Positions 29,959 to 39,738 of a stretch of DNA of 64,000 nt are shown here, in pieces. Where the stretch lies: NCBI GenBank assembly GCA_050294405.1, contig JBNKOC010000028.1, forward strand, positions 453,354 to 517,353, read 5' to 3'. Below the pieces are notes generated by a model, which did no database searches, was not told the DNA's origin, and saw only the letters and a program-made list of their open reading frames with translations. Both the position numbers and the translations under genes were made by a program. Numbering within the stretch: position 1 is the stretch's first letter; each line of letters opens with the position of its first letter. The DNA comes from Fibrobacteria bacterium (GTDB taxonomy: Bacteria; Fibrobacterota; Fibrobacteria; UBA11236; JADFYW01).

Positions 29959-30390
29959 ATGAAAAAGTTTAAAAATCAAAAAGGTTTTACCCTAGTAGAG
30001 CTGATGGTAGTTTTGGTTATCATCGGCATTTTAGCCACTATGGCTATCCCCAAATTTTTGGGCTCCTCTCAAAAGGCAAAGGCCTCAGAGTTTAAACCCA
30101 TTTTAAAGCAGATTTATACTTTGCAAACAGCTTACTTTATGGAAAAAGATGCCTTTAGCGCATCCAAAGCCGACTTGGGTTTTGTGGACCCCACTGGAAG
30201 TGATGTGCGTTTCACTTATGCGGTTTCCACTACCACTACAAAGCTGGGCCAGGCTACTCCCACCAGTTCTGGGGCCACTGGAATGGGCATTGCCACTACA
30301 GATCAAGGTTGTGTGAACGATCAGGGTTCTCTAACTGCAGATTCTGCCTTAGCGGCGTTGGCCAATGTCAGCTCTTCGGCTTGCAACTAG
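29959..30390 (+). CDS. Type IV major pilin-like protein
   Basis: Class III leader MKKFKNQKG|FTLVELMVVLVIIGILA; C-terminal Cys pair; strong terminator follows. Confidence 0.92.
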   Translation: MKKFKNQKGFTLVELMVVLVIIGILATMAIPKFLGSSQKAKASEFKPILKQIYTLQTAYFMEKDAFSASKADLGFVDPTGSDVRFTYAVSTTTTKLGQATPTSSGATGMGIATTDQGCVNDQGSLTADSALAALANVSSSACN

Positions 30391-30416
30391 TAAAAAGATT
30401 TAACGGTAAACCGTTC

Positions 30417-30456
30417 AAAAAAAATGGGGCTCTTAAAAGAGCCCCATTTTTTTTTT
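30417..30456. terminator. Bidirectional Rho-independent terminator
   Basis: A-tract - TGGGGCTCTT-aa-AAGAGCCCCA - T-tract between convergent genes. Confidence 0.9.
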
Positions 30457-30472
30457 GTATTAAAATTTTGAA

Positions 30473-31633
30473 TTAGAAAGATAAGGAAACACCACCGCTG
30501 CCTAAAACGCCAGGGCCAGTTCCACCAATAAAATCAGGTCCGTTTAAAATTAAAGCTTTGGAAAGTTCTCCTTCGATGGCGAAGTTTTCTTTTGCCCAAC
30601 GAAGTCCGAAAGACAAATCTCCTGTGCTGGGCCCGTTAAAGCCGGTTTCCAAACCACTGGTTGTGTTTTCTCCGGGATCGGTTGTTCCAGAAGCATATGT
30701 AAGCATATTTACGCTTCCACCCATAGAGATTTCAAAACCTTTTCCCAATACTTTTTGGAAGCTCATGTTAGGAGCCAGGCTAAACAAATATCCGCTGCTT
30801 TCCGCGTCGGGGTCGGGCACTTCATTTGTGCTGGAAGAGTATCCAAGGTTAATAATACTTCCCACAAACACGGCCATTTGATCGTTGTACTTTAAGGGGA
30901 CACCGTGATTGATGTTTAAACCAATGTTCATGGCAGATTGGTTGGCAGTGGGGTTCTCGAATTCCTGGGAAAATAAGGCCAAGCTTAAGGTTGCTGCCAA
31001 AGCGTGAGAGCCTTCTCCTTCTGTGTCTTTTACAGCTCCAACTATAATGTTAGTAGAGGTGTTTTTATCCTCATCGGTAAGGGCATCGGTTTCCGTGGTA
31101 ACAGAAGCCGCTGGTCCGGTTACTCTGGACACTTCAGCAAAAATGCTAATGGAACCTAATCCCATACTACCAAAGGCTCCGTATGCATCACCTGCATTAG
31201 TAGTAGAAACATCAGGTGTAGCGCCACTGTTGTCGGAGGTGCTTATTTTGTTGAATTCATATAAAAGTCCGGCACCAAAAGCAGACCCAATGGCTAATCC
31301 AGCTTTGATTCTGGAAACGTTTGTGCTACCAAGTAAGGCTGCGGTTCTGGGATTGTTTTCCATTCCCCCAAACCAGTTTATTCCCGCGCCATTAAATGAA
31401 AATGCGGCATCAATAAATCCGGCTGAGCCAGTGTATCCCGTAACATACTGAAGCTCATTGATTAAATGGGGTCGTACCAAATAATCCGCCACCGTAAAAT
31501 CCACAGCGGCATTGCTCTGCATAACAGAGCCATAGCTGGGAACTCTTGGAGCAGGGTCTTCCGCCATTGCCATACCGGCAAGGCCAAAAGTCAATCCAAC
31601 GCCAACGGCCAGCTTTTTAATATTCAGGTTCAT
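30473..31633 (-). CDS. Outer-membrane beta-barrel protein
   Basis: Signal peptide ending AMA, Gly/Ser/Thr-rich amphipathic strands, C-terminal VSLSF; AGGAG Shine-Dalgarno. Confidence 0.65.
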   Translation of the reverse strand: MNLNIKKLAVGVGLTFGLAGMAMAEDPAPRVPSYGSVMQSNAAVDFTVADYLVRPHLINELQYVTGYTGSAGFIDAAFSFNGAGINWFGGMENNPRTAALLGSTNVSRIKAGLAIGSAFGAGLLYEFNKISTSDNSGATPDVSTTNAGDAYGAFGSMGLGSISIFAEVSRVTGPAASVTTETDALTDEDKNTSTNIIVGAVKDTEGEGSHALAATLSLALFSQEFENPTANQSAMNIGLNINHGVPLKYNDQMAVFVGSIINLGYSSSTNEVPDPDAESSGYLFSLAPNMSFQKVLGKGFEISMGGSVNMLTYASGTTDPGENTTSGLETGFNGPSTGDLSFGLRWAKENFAIEGELSKALILNGPDFIGGTGPGVLGSGGVSLSF

Positions 31634-31907
31634 AAATTCTCCTTTTTTTTAAACGATGCATCCTACCTCATCATTTGTTTGAGCCTTCAAATTAGGATTT
31701 AATTATTTGAGAGTCTAGAGATTTTCCGGAAAGCTGAGAGGTTTGGCCCTCGTGTTTTTCCATAAAATTTGCAATTTTTGCATAATTTTTGGCATAATCC
31801 CTATTTTTGGCCTGATTTATGGAAATTTAGAAATTAAGGTTTATTTGGAAATATTTCTGTGCTTTTTTCCCCAATGGCTAGATTAGCTCCTGGGTCTGTT
31901 ATATAAT

Positions 31908-33290
31908 TTGGAAAGCTTTATGATTGCCATTCCGCTGGAAAATTTAAAGGTTGATGAAAGTTATCCCCACGATCTTCAGGACGAAAGGGGAGCTGTGCTT
32001 GTTCCTGCCCACCAGACAATTACTCTGGATTTAATCCAATGGATAAGAGATAGAAGGGTGCACAAAGTTTTTACGGAGGAGCTTCCCAACACCAGTGAAG
32101 GGGCCTTGGAAGAGGCTGGCCTTCTATTGGAAGAATCCACCTCCATGGAGCAGGTAGAAACTCTGGAAGACCCCGATTTCTCCATGTTGTATGAAAACTT
32201 AAGCTCCATTTTATCTCCCCGTATGAAACCCAGCACCAGCTGGTATGCAAAATCCAAACAAGCCGAAATGCTGGAAAACCGCCTGGGCTACTACCCTGGT
32301 TGGGATAAACCCAAAGGGATTCGTTTTTCCAAAGATTTTCTGCCAACACCCGCAAAAAGAACTCAAAAATATAAGCATGAGCTCCTGGGAAATTATGCAG
32401 ATGCCCTTAAGGATGTTAAAGGATTAATTGATAAAATTGCTGATGGAACTTTGGCCAATGCGGAGCCTATCTATTTATTGGTGAACCGTATTATCGAAAT
32501 GTTCTTAAAGGATAAAAACCTTTTGTTGAATTTTTCTTTGATTAAATCAACCCATCAGGAAAATTTATACCATCATTCACTTAATGTATGTATCCTAGCA
32601 ATTAATATTGGTTCTGCCACAGGTTATAGCCGCAGGCAAATAGCGGAAATTGGTATCGGAGCCCTTATCCACGATGTGGGAATGGTTTTGGTTCCGCCCT
32701 CCATCCGATATAAGCAGGGCAAATTAAGCCCCCATGAACACATTGTAATTCAAAAACATCCTGTGGATGGCTTATTTATGATTTCAAAAATTAAAAACCT
32801 CCCGGAATCCACCGGATACATTATCTACCAACATCACGAAAGGGAGGACGGCTCGGGCTACCCCCGCAATCGCAAGTCGGAGTTAATGCACCGCTATGCG
32901 AGAATCGTTGGGTTGGCGGATATGTTTGATGCCCTTACTTCAAAGCGTCCATACAGAGAGGCTTTTAAACCCTACGACGCCATGCTGGAACTTTTGGGGT
33001 TGGCGAAACGGGGCAAAATTTCTGCGGATTTGATGCGTTTTTTTATTGAGTTTGCCTCCCTTTTTCCCGTGGGAAGTTATGTGCGACTTAGCAATAATAA
33101 AATTGCCAGAGTGGTGGAATCCAGAGGCGAAAACTTTACTTCACCGGTGGTATCCATTATCGATCCTTATACTCCAATAGATATGCAAGAACATGTTTTG
33201 CTGGATTTGAGTAAAACTCCTGATATTGAAATAGTGGAGGCTATTCCCAACTGGGAAGTTCCCAATAATACCATATTGGGCGGTTTTTAA
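31908..33290 (+). CDS. HD-GYP cyclic-dinucleotide phosphodiesterase
   Basis: HSLNV, IHDVG, QHHEREDGSGYP, ADMFDALTSKRPYR. Confidence 0.92.
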   Translation: MESFMIAIPLENLKVDESYPHDLQDERGAVLVPAHQTITLDLIQWIRDRRVHKVFTEELPNTSEGALEEAGLLLEESTSMEQVETLEDPDFSMLYENLSSILSPRMKPSTSWYAKSKQAEMLENRLGYYPGWDKPKGIRFSKDFLPTPAKRTQKYKHELLGNYADALKDVKGLIDKIADGTLANAEPIYLLVNRIIEMFLKDKNLLLNFSLIKSTHQENLYHHSLNVCILAINIGSATGYSRRQIAEIGIGALIHDVGMVLVPPSIRYKQGKLSPHEHIVIQKHPVDGLFMISKIKNLPESTGYIIYQHHEREDGSGYPRNRKSELMHRYARIVGLADMFDALTSKRPYREAFKPYDAMLELLGLAKRGKISADLMRFFIEFASLFPVGSYVRLSNNKIARVVESRGENFTSPVVSIIDPYTPIDMQEHVLLDLSKTPDIEIVEAIPNWEVPNNTILGGF

Positions 33291-33309
33291 ACCCTAACGG
33301 TGTAAAAAA

Positions 33310-34272
33310 TTAAGGAACGGGGACTAGCTCTGTCACAATAATACTTTCGTATTTATTGAGCTCTTGTTCAAGATAATGGAGAAAAATTATTTCCGTATAA
33401 TGATTTTTTAAGATGTTAATTATCATTCGGTTGTCCTTTAAAATCAGGGATAGCCCCCTACCAGACAAATCCCAAATTCCAGGGGGCAACTCTTCTTCCC
33501 CAATTTTGGTTTGCCGCCTTAATTTTCCCAGAATTCTTTTTAAGCTAAGAGTTCCGGTGGAATCTATTATGGAAATGGCGTATTTTTCCCTATCCATGGC
33601 CATTGATATTTTAAATGATTTTTCAACGGGAGTAAAGGTTTCTCCCGAAATAGACAACATACCTTTATCTCTGTCTTGTTCGGACATTCCCGTTACAGAA
33701 TATGTTACCGTGTTTACCAAAAGCTCATTAAAATAAGTGGACATCCGGTTGTGTAATTTGGGATCTATGTAAGGCAAAAAGTTTTTTTCAAAAAAGTCCA
33801 ATATGTCTTTTAGATTAGTGGCGCCTGTGACGGTTTTGTGAATGGGTTTTAAGGAATAACCATTGGGAAAGTAAGGCTGAAAACCAAATAAATTTCCTGT
33901 CATAAGCCGAATGGTAAGGGCGCGGATTAAGCTGGCGTCAAACTGGTTTTTCCTAAGAATGTTACCAATGTTAAAGGCGCTGGCCAATTCAAAAAAATCA
34001 GAATCGGGATTGGCAAACAACACCCATTGGAATTTAGGGTTAGTGTTTTTAATCTCTTGAATGGCGGCTTTTTCCTTTTCAATGGAATCGCTTACTTCGT
34101 AATAAATAATCGCCGAGCTATGCTTTGGGAGCAGTTCCTTCCAGTTGCTTTTCTGGCCGCAGCTTATTTTCGAAGACAGGTAATAATCCGGATCCATTTG
34201 AAAGGACTGATAATGCTCCTTTAATTTTCTGGAGATTTCCTGTGAAGGTCCTAAGAAAAAAGCCTGAATCAA
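33310..34272 (-). CDS. Hypothetical protein, degenerate receiver-like N-terminus plus HATPase (anti-sigma-like) C-terminus
   Basis: NELLVN...D..G...GRGL pattern. Confidence 0.5.
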   Translation of the reverse strand: MIQAFFLGPSQEISRKLKEHYQSFQMDPDYYLSSKISCGQKSNWKELLPKHSSAIIYYEVSDSIEKEKAAIQEIKNTNPKFQWVLFANPDSDFFELASAFNIGNILRKNQFDASLIRALTIRLMTGNLFGFQPYFPNGYSLKPIHKTVTGATNLKDILDFFEKNFLPYIDPKLHNRMSTYFNELLVNTVTYSVTGMSEQDRDKGMLSISGETFTPVEKSFKISMAMDREKYAISIIDSTGTLSLKRILGKLRRQTKIGEEELPPGIWDLSGRGLSLILKDNRMIINILKNHYTEIIFLHYLEQELNKYESIIVTELVPVP

Positions 34273-34833
34273 ATTTGTAATCCTGTTTTGCAGTTTCCAC
34301 TAGTATACCATTTTTTTTAAAGCAGATAAAAAGTAAAAAAGCCGGATTTCCTGGATAATCTCCCTTTAAGGGCTGGTTTTCGAAGGGTTTGGTTTTAAAA
34401 CGGCTCTAAAAAAAGTTTGATGAAAACTATATTCCCAGTGACCCGGTAGATATTACTTTATATCGAAACCCTTCTAAATGTTAGTCATATACATATGATA
34501 TACATTAAATAATGAGTTAAATTTCCATACATAGTTGCTGCGGGCACTAAATTTTCCAGGGATTTTTATCCAATTTTTTTACGGCAATAGCCGCATTTAC
34601 CCACATTTTTTTCTCTGAATGCCAGCCGATTTAGGAGTCACAAGGGAGAGCTTTTTTGAAAATCGGCTAAAATCAACAAATTTCGGTAATTTTCAAATTT
34701 CCAAATAGGCAAAAGTTTCCCTAAGAAAAATCTTGAAAAATAAAAAAAACAAGCGGATAATAAAACTGTTGATTTAAATACAATGGAAATAAGAAAATAA
34801 TATGGATATCATTCAGAGGTTGCAGGAGGGCTT

Positions 34834-35403
34834 TTGTTAACGACAGGTGAAGTAGCCAAACTGTTTCAGGTGTCAGCCCAAACAGTAATAAATTGGCTGG
34901 ACCAGGGCAGAATGCCCTACGAAAGAATTGGCCGGGGTCCGCGACGACTGACTGAATCCACGGTCTTAAATTACATCCGAGAAATCGGAATCTCCCTTAC
35001 AGCCTTAGACCAGTCTATATACGCAAAGGCATTAAAACAGGTATATTCAGAAAATAATGTAGCTGATGAATCTGCCGTGGCTATGATAGGCTCCAACCTT
35101 AAAATTATAGGTTGGAACGAGGGGGTAAAATCCATTACTGGCTATACCAACATTGATGTGTTGGGTAAAAGCCTTACGGATTTTATCAACCGCGTAAACG
35201 GGAGTGAGGAATCGCTGGAATCCATTCTCAAAAGAGATTGGAGCGGGCCTTCCATGGAATTTTCGGTGGTGCATAGCTCAAAGGCTGGCAAACAAATTCC
35301 CATTAAATTGAGTGCTTCAAAGGTATATGCTATGGGAAGTCTAACAGGCTATACCCTGGTTTATCAAAAGCCTCAGTCAGTTGAAAACGCAGCGCAAAAT
35401 TAA
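34834..35403 (+). CDS. Excisionase-type HTH plus PAS-domain regulator
   Basis: LTTGEVAKLFQVSAQTVINW; IIGWNEG...GYT..DVLGK PAS; GGAGG Shine-Dalgarno before TTG. Confidence 0.8.
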   Translation: MLTTGEVAKLFQVSAQTVINWLDQGRMPYERIGRGPRRLTESTVLNYIREIGISLTALDQSIYAKALKQVYSENNVADESAVAMIGSNLKIIGWNEGVKSITGYTNIDVLGKSLTDFINRVNGSEESLESILKRDWSGPSMEFSVVHSSKAGKQIPIKLSASKVYAMGSLTGYTLVYQKPQSVENAAQN

Positions 35404-36080
35404 TCCATTCCAGTTTCTTTTTTTCTCTTGAATAAAGAGGGAAGTTTTTCAATGGCCAGGGTTTCCTTGGTAGCTGTTTCTTCTTTTTCGTCAATAACCC
35501 CAGCGGACATTATTAACTTAGCAGCTTGATCTATAGTTAGGTCAAGGATCTGCACATCTTTTTTAGGCGCAAATATTAATACGCCACTGGTTGGGTTTGG
35601 GGTGGTTGGTACGAAAATCGACCATAAATCTTCGTTTACTTTTTCACGGATAGCCCCTTTGGTGTCTGCGGTAATAAAACCCATGCTGTACAGACCCTTT
35701 CTGGGATATTCCACCAAAGCCACCTGGGAAAAAGCCTTTTGTTTGTTTTGAAAAGCTGTCTCTAAAATTTTTTGAAAAGTGGAGTATATAGCCCGCACAT
35801 AGGGAATGTTGTTAATAATGAAATTAACGAGCGCCAGAGTTTTTCGGCCAATAAAATTTCCTCCGAATAACCCTATAACAATTAATAACCCAAGAAAGAC
35901 AACGAATTCAATTAAAGGCCAGTTGGGAAATCCCATTTTGTGGATTATTTTGGCAATGTATACCAAAATGAGGTTGTCCAGCATTTGGTACACCTTCCAA
36001 CACAACAAAAAGGTGGCGCCTGCCGGAAGCACAATAAGCAAACCCCGGAGTAAATAGCTGCGTAATTTTTTTAGAATCAT
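35400..36080 (-). CDS. DUF502 membrane protein
   Basis: VALVEYPRKG, FVPTTPNPTSG. Confidence 0.9.
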   Translation of the reverse strand: MILKKLRSYLLRGLLIVLPAGATFLLCWKVYQMLDNLILVYIAKIIHKMGFPNWPLIEFVVFLGLLIVIGLFGGNFIGRKTLALVNFIINNIPYVRAIYSTFQKILETAFQNKQKAFSQVALVEYPRKGLYSMGFITADTKGAIREKVNEDLWSIFVPTTPNPTSGVLIFAPKKDVQILDLTIDQAAKLIMSAGVIDEKEETATKETLAIEKLPSLFKRKKETGMD

Positions 36081-36150
36081 GGGTTGTAGGGGTTAAATTC
36101 TTAAAAAACGATTCAAGGTCAATTAGCTTATTGCCCTAATAAAGATATAA

Positions 36151-36480
36151 TTATTTGGATGAGGTTTTCTTTTTTTCCGTATTACCGGACTTTTCGTCTT
36201 CTTTAGAAAACATGCGGTACACTTTTTCGTTGGGTTTTGCCATTCCCAATTCGTAACGCACCACTTTTTCCAAATAGGCTGTGTCACTGCGAAGCCTGGC
36301 TCTTTCTCTATCTAAATCGGCTTTAAGTTGTTCCAGGCTATCGATACGGGACTCCAGTTTTTTGTTTTCGCTGAAGATTTGCAATTGATGCACCAGGCCG
36401 CTATTTCCAGATAACCAGGAATACCCCATCCATGCAGGGATAACAAGCAGCGACCATTTTAAGGCAGATTTTATTTTCAT
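36151..36480 (-). CDS. Septum formation initiator (FtsB/DivIC family)
   Basis: TM, coiled coil, YLEKVVRYELGMAKPNE. Confidence 0.85.
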   Translation of the reverse strand: MKIKSALKWSLLVIPAWMGYSWLSGNSGLVHQLQIFSENKKLESRIDSLEQLKADLDRERARLRSDTAYLEKVVRYELGMAKPNEKVYRMFSKEDEKSGNTEKKKTSSK

Positions 36481-36483
36481 TTT

Positions 36484-37578
36484 CTAATGAACCTTGCTAT
36501 AGCTGGAACCCGCACTCCGTTTGATAAACCCTTTGGTTTCCAGCTGCATTAAAATAATAATTAACTCCCCCAGGGTGCTATTGCAAACTGAGTTCAATTG
36601 GGAAATGCTGCTGCTCTTTCCCATTTTTTGCAAAACTTCTGATTCTTTTTGGTTGAGAGGTCCTTTTGGATTGGCATTTGTTTTGGAAGGCACGGCTTTA
36701 TTAAAAAAATGAAAGTGGATATCCTGCCAGGAGCAGGCCAAATTTGCCCCATGTTTTAAAAGCTGATTGCTGCCCGAACAACTCATGTTAAGGGGAGATC
36801 CCGGAACACTGAAAAGTTTGCGTTTATATTGCAGAGCGTTTTTGGCAGTGATAAGAGCGCCGCTTTTGACTCCCGCTTCTATCACCACCGTGGCCCAGGA
36901 AAGCCCGCTCACTAACCTATTACGAGCTGGAAAATGATGTGTAGCAGGCCTTGTGCCCAATGGATACTCGCTTATAACGCAGCCTTCTCTAAAAAGCCGA
37001 TTCTGCAACTCGCCGTTAAAACTGGGATAACATACATCGTGTCCGGTTCCGATGACAGCAAGGCTTGTGCCCCCGGATTCCAAAGAGGCCCAATGGGCGG
37101 CGGTATCGATTCCATCGGCAAGTCCTGAAATTACAGTCCAACTATGTTGGCTAAGACCCGTGGAAATTCGGCGTGCTAAAGTGAGTCCGCCGGAGCTCGG
37201 CCTGCGGGTGCCGACAATGGCGCAGCTTGGTTGGGATTGGGGGAGTTTGCCTTTTACAAATAAAAAGGGCGGCGGATTGGGAATTGCCCTTAACATAGAA
37301 GGGTATAGGGGGGAATCAAGGCTAAGTATTTGGATATTTTGCTCTAAATGTTTTTGTATAAGGGTATCGGAAAATTGCAATCGCTTTTTATCTGCCTGTT
37401 TGGAAAACTCCCCATGAATTTTTTCGAGCTTTAAGCTCGATAAAACTTTGGCGGGCGCAGATAGAAAATCAGATGGGCTTTTGAATAAAAAACGAATGTT
37501 TCTGTAGTGAATAGGGCCAACGCCCTTTGTTTGCGCGAGGGCAAACCAGCATTTTTGAACTTCAGTTAACTTTTCCAT
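36484..37578 (-). CDS. dprA: DNA-processing protein DprA
   Basis: AIVGTR, ISGLADGIDTAAH, FPARNRLVSGLS, SGALITA; probable start ATG 37578. Confidence 0.95.
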   Translation of the reverse strand: MEKLTEVQKCWFALAQTKGVGPIHYRNIRFLFKSPSDFLSAPAKVLSSLKLEKIHGEFSKQADKKRLQFSDTLIQKHLEQNIQILSLDSPLYPSMLRAIPNPPPFLFVKGKLPQSQPSCAIVGTRRPSSGGLTLARRISTGLSQHSWTVISGLADGIDTAAHWASLESGGTSLAVIGTGHDVCYPSFNGELQNRLFREGCVISEYPLGTRPATHHFPARNRLVSGLSWATVVIEAGVKSGALITAKNALQYKRKLFSVPGSPLNMSCSGSNQLLKHGANLACSWQDIHFHFFNKAVPSKTNANPKGPLNQKESEVLQKMGKSSSISQLNSVCNSTLGELIIILMQLETKGFIKRSAGSSYSKVH

Positions 37579-37690
37579 AATTGATATTACTGCACAAATG
37601 AGTAGTATATTTAAAATTGGAAGGCTTGGCAAGGCTTTTGGTTATCCTTTGGGATTTGGGCATAAATGCCCGATTATTATATTGGCTAGC

Positions 37691-39736
37691 ATGTCAAAAG
37701 AACGATTTTTAGTTACCAGCGCCTTACCCTATGCCAACGGTCCAATTCATTTTGGCCATATTGCCGGGGCTTACTTGCCTGCGGATATTTTTGTCCGTTT
37801 CAAAAAAGTCTGCAAAGAAGATGTAGTATACATTTGCGGCACCGATGAACATGGATTTGCCATAACCGTTTCTGCTCAATTAGAGGGCAATGACCCGCAA
37901 AAGCATGTGGATCATTATCACAAAGTTATTTCCGGGATTTTTGAAAAATTTAACATTGAATTCGATAATTTTTCACGGACTTCGTTGGAAAAACACCACA
38001 AACTTTCCCAACAATTTTTTGAACAGTTATTAGCCAATCAAAAAATTTCGGCACAGGATACGGAACAGCTTTATTGCAACCACGATAAAATGTTTTTAGC
38101 CGATAGATATGTATACGGTACCTGCCCCCATTGCGGCTTTGAAGAGGCCAGGGGGGATGAATGTGGACAGTGCGGCAAGTGGCTGGAGGCCTTGGAACTG
38201 AAAACGCCCCATTGCAAAATGTGCAATAACACTCCGGTGAAAAAAGAGACCAGGCACTGGTTTTTGGAGCTCAATAAATTCAGCGATTCTTTAAAAGAAT
38301 GGTTGTCCCAAAAAGAACATTGGAAACCCAATGTTAAGAATTTTATTAACAGCATGATAGAAGGCGGCTTGGAGCCCCGTCCTATTACCCGCGATATGAA
38401 CTGGGGAGTCAAGGTTCCCCTGAAAGAGGCCGAGGGCAAAGTGCTTTATGTATGGTTTGATGCGCCCATAGGCTATATATCTTCCACCATAGAATGGGCG
38501 GAAAAAAAGGGGGAGCCGGAACTATGGAAAAAGTATTGGGAAAACCCAGATTGCAAATTAGTCCATTTTATCGGCAAAGACAATTTGCCCTTCCATTGCG
38601 TGGTTTGGCCCTCAATGTTAATGGGTCAAAACGAGCCTTTTATTTTGCCACACGATGTGCCTGCTAACGAGTTTTACAATCTAGAGGGTAAACAATTTTC
38701 TAAAAGTACCGGCTGGTACATTGACCTTGAGGATTTTTTTAAAAAATACAGCACGGATTCCATTCGCTATGCCATTGCGGCTAACGCGCCTGAAACCAAA
38801 GATTCCTCTTTTAGCTGGAAAGATTTCCAACTAAAAAACAATTCTGAATTGGCAGATATTTTCGGGAATTTCATAAACCGAACTTTGAGGTTTATTGGAA
38901 GTAAAGCAGGTAACACCGTTCCTGAATTTAAGGCTTCTATAGGCGATACCCATGTGCTGGAATTAGTTTCACAAAAAATGGCTGAACTTACTGAATGTTA
39001 TAATAATTACCAGGTGCGAAGGGCCTGTAATGTTATTATGGATATTGGCCGTATAGGGAATAAATATTTTGATGAAAAAGCCCCCTGGAAGTCCATCAAA
39101 GAAAATTTAGAAGAATGCCAAAACAGTTTATATGTATGTACTCAAATTGTAAAGAGCCTGGCTTTGGCCTGTTACCCAATAATTCCCGAAAGCGCGCAGA
39201 AAATATGGCAAATGCTGGGGTTAGAAGGACTGATAAAAGATGTGGACTTTAACAAAGAATGCAATATCCGGATAAATTCCGGGCATGTATTGGGTGAAAG
39301 CCAGGTTTTGTTTGGAAAAATTGAAGATAAACAAATCGAAACCGAAATTGAAAATTTAAACGCTATGTTAACGGCCAAAACCGCCGCCTCTAAAAAAGAC
39401 GCAATTAATTTAGTAACCATAGATGATGTGGCTAAGGTCCAGTTAAAAACGGGACGAGTTGTTGCTGCCGAAGAAGTGCCTAAATCTAAAAAGCTTTTAA
39501 AACTTGAGGTGGACTTGGGAAGTGAAACCCGGCAAATTTTAGCGGGAATTAAAGAAAGCTACTCCGATCCAAAGGCGCTAATTGGCAAATTGGTGATTGC
39601 AGTTTCCAATCTAAAGCCCGCCAAGTTAATGGGTTTGGAATCACAAGGTATGTTATTGGCTGCCAAAGATTCCAAGGGTTTAAAATTAATAACTGTGGAT
39701 GATCCCAATTGCGAATTGGGCGCAGAAGTCAGATAA
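37691..39736 (+). CDS. metG: Methionine--tRNA ligase with C-terminal tRNA-binding domain
   Basis: TSALPYANGPIHFGH, zinc knuckles, YVWFDAPIGY, KQFSKS; probable start ATG 37691. Confidence 0.98.
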   Translation: MSKERFLVTSALPYANGPIHFGHIAGAYLPADIFVRFKKVCKEDVVYICGTDEHGFAITVSAQLEGNDPQKHVDHYHKVISGIFEKFNIEFDNFSRTSLEKHHKLSQQFFEQLLANQKISAQDTEQLYCNHDKMFLADRYVYGTCPHCGFEEARGDECGQCGKWLEALELKTPHCKMCNNTPVKKETRHWFLELNKFSDSLKEWLSQKEHWKPNVKNFINSMIEGGLEPRPITRDMNWGVKVPLKEAEGKVLYVWFDAPIGYISSTIEWAEKKGEPELWKKYWENPDCKLVHFIGKDNLPFHCVVWPSMLMGQNEPFILPHDVPANEFYNLEGKQFSKSTGWYIDLEDFFKKYSTDSIRYAIAANAPETKDSSFSWKDFQLKNNSELADIFGNFINRTLRFIGSKAGNTVPEFKASIGDTHVLELVSQKMAELTECYNNYQVRRACNVIMDIGRIGNKYFDEKAPWKSIKENLEECQNSLYVCTQIVKSLALACYPIIPESAQKIWQMLGLEGLIKDVDFNKECNIRINSGHVLGESQVLFGKIEDKQIETEIENLNAMLTAKTAASKKDAINLVTIDDVAKVQLKTGRVVAAEEVPKSKKLLKLEVDLGSETRQILAGIKESYSDPKALIGKLVIAVSNLKPAKLMGLESQGMLLAAKDSKGLKLITVDDPNCELGAEVR

Positions 39737-39738
39737 TT

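Noticed and set aside
29959..30390. Conductive e-pilin
   Set aside because: Only 10 aromatics in 134 mature residues (~7.5%), none after residue 78 and none at position 27, so it fails the usual aromatic density and gap criteria.
34834..35403. Prophage excisionase
   Set aside because: The HTH is fused to a PAS domain and lies among housekeeping genes with no phage genes nearby.
37579..37690. Apparent head-to-head overlap of dprA and metG
   Set aside because: Artifact of longest-ORF calling; conserved N-termini start at 37578 (-) and 37691 (+), leaving a 112-bp divergent gap.
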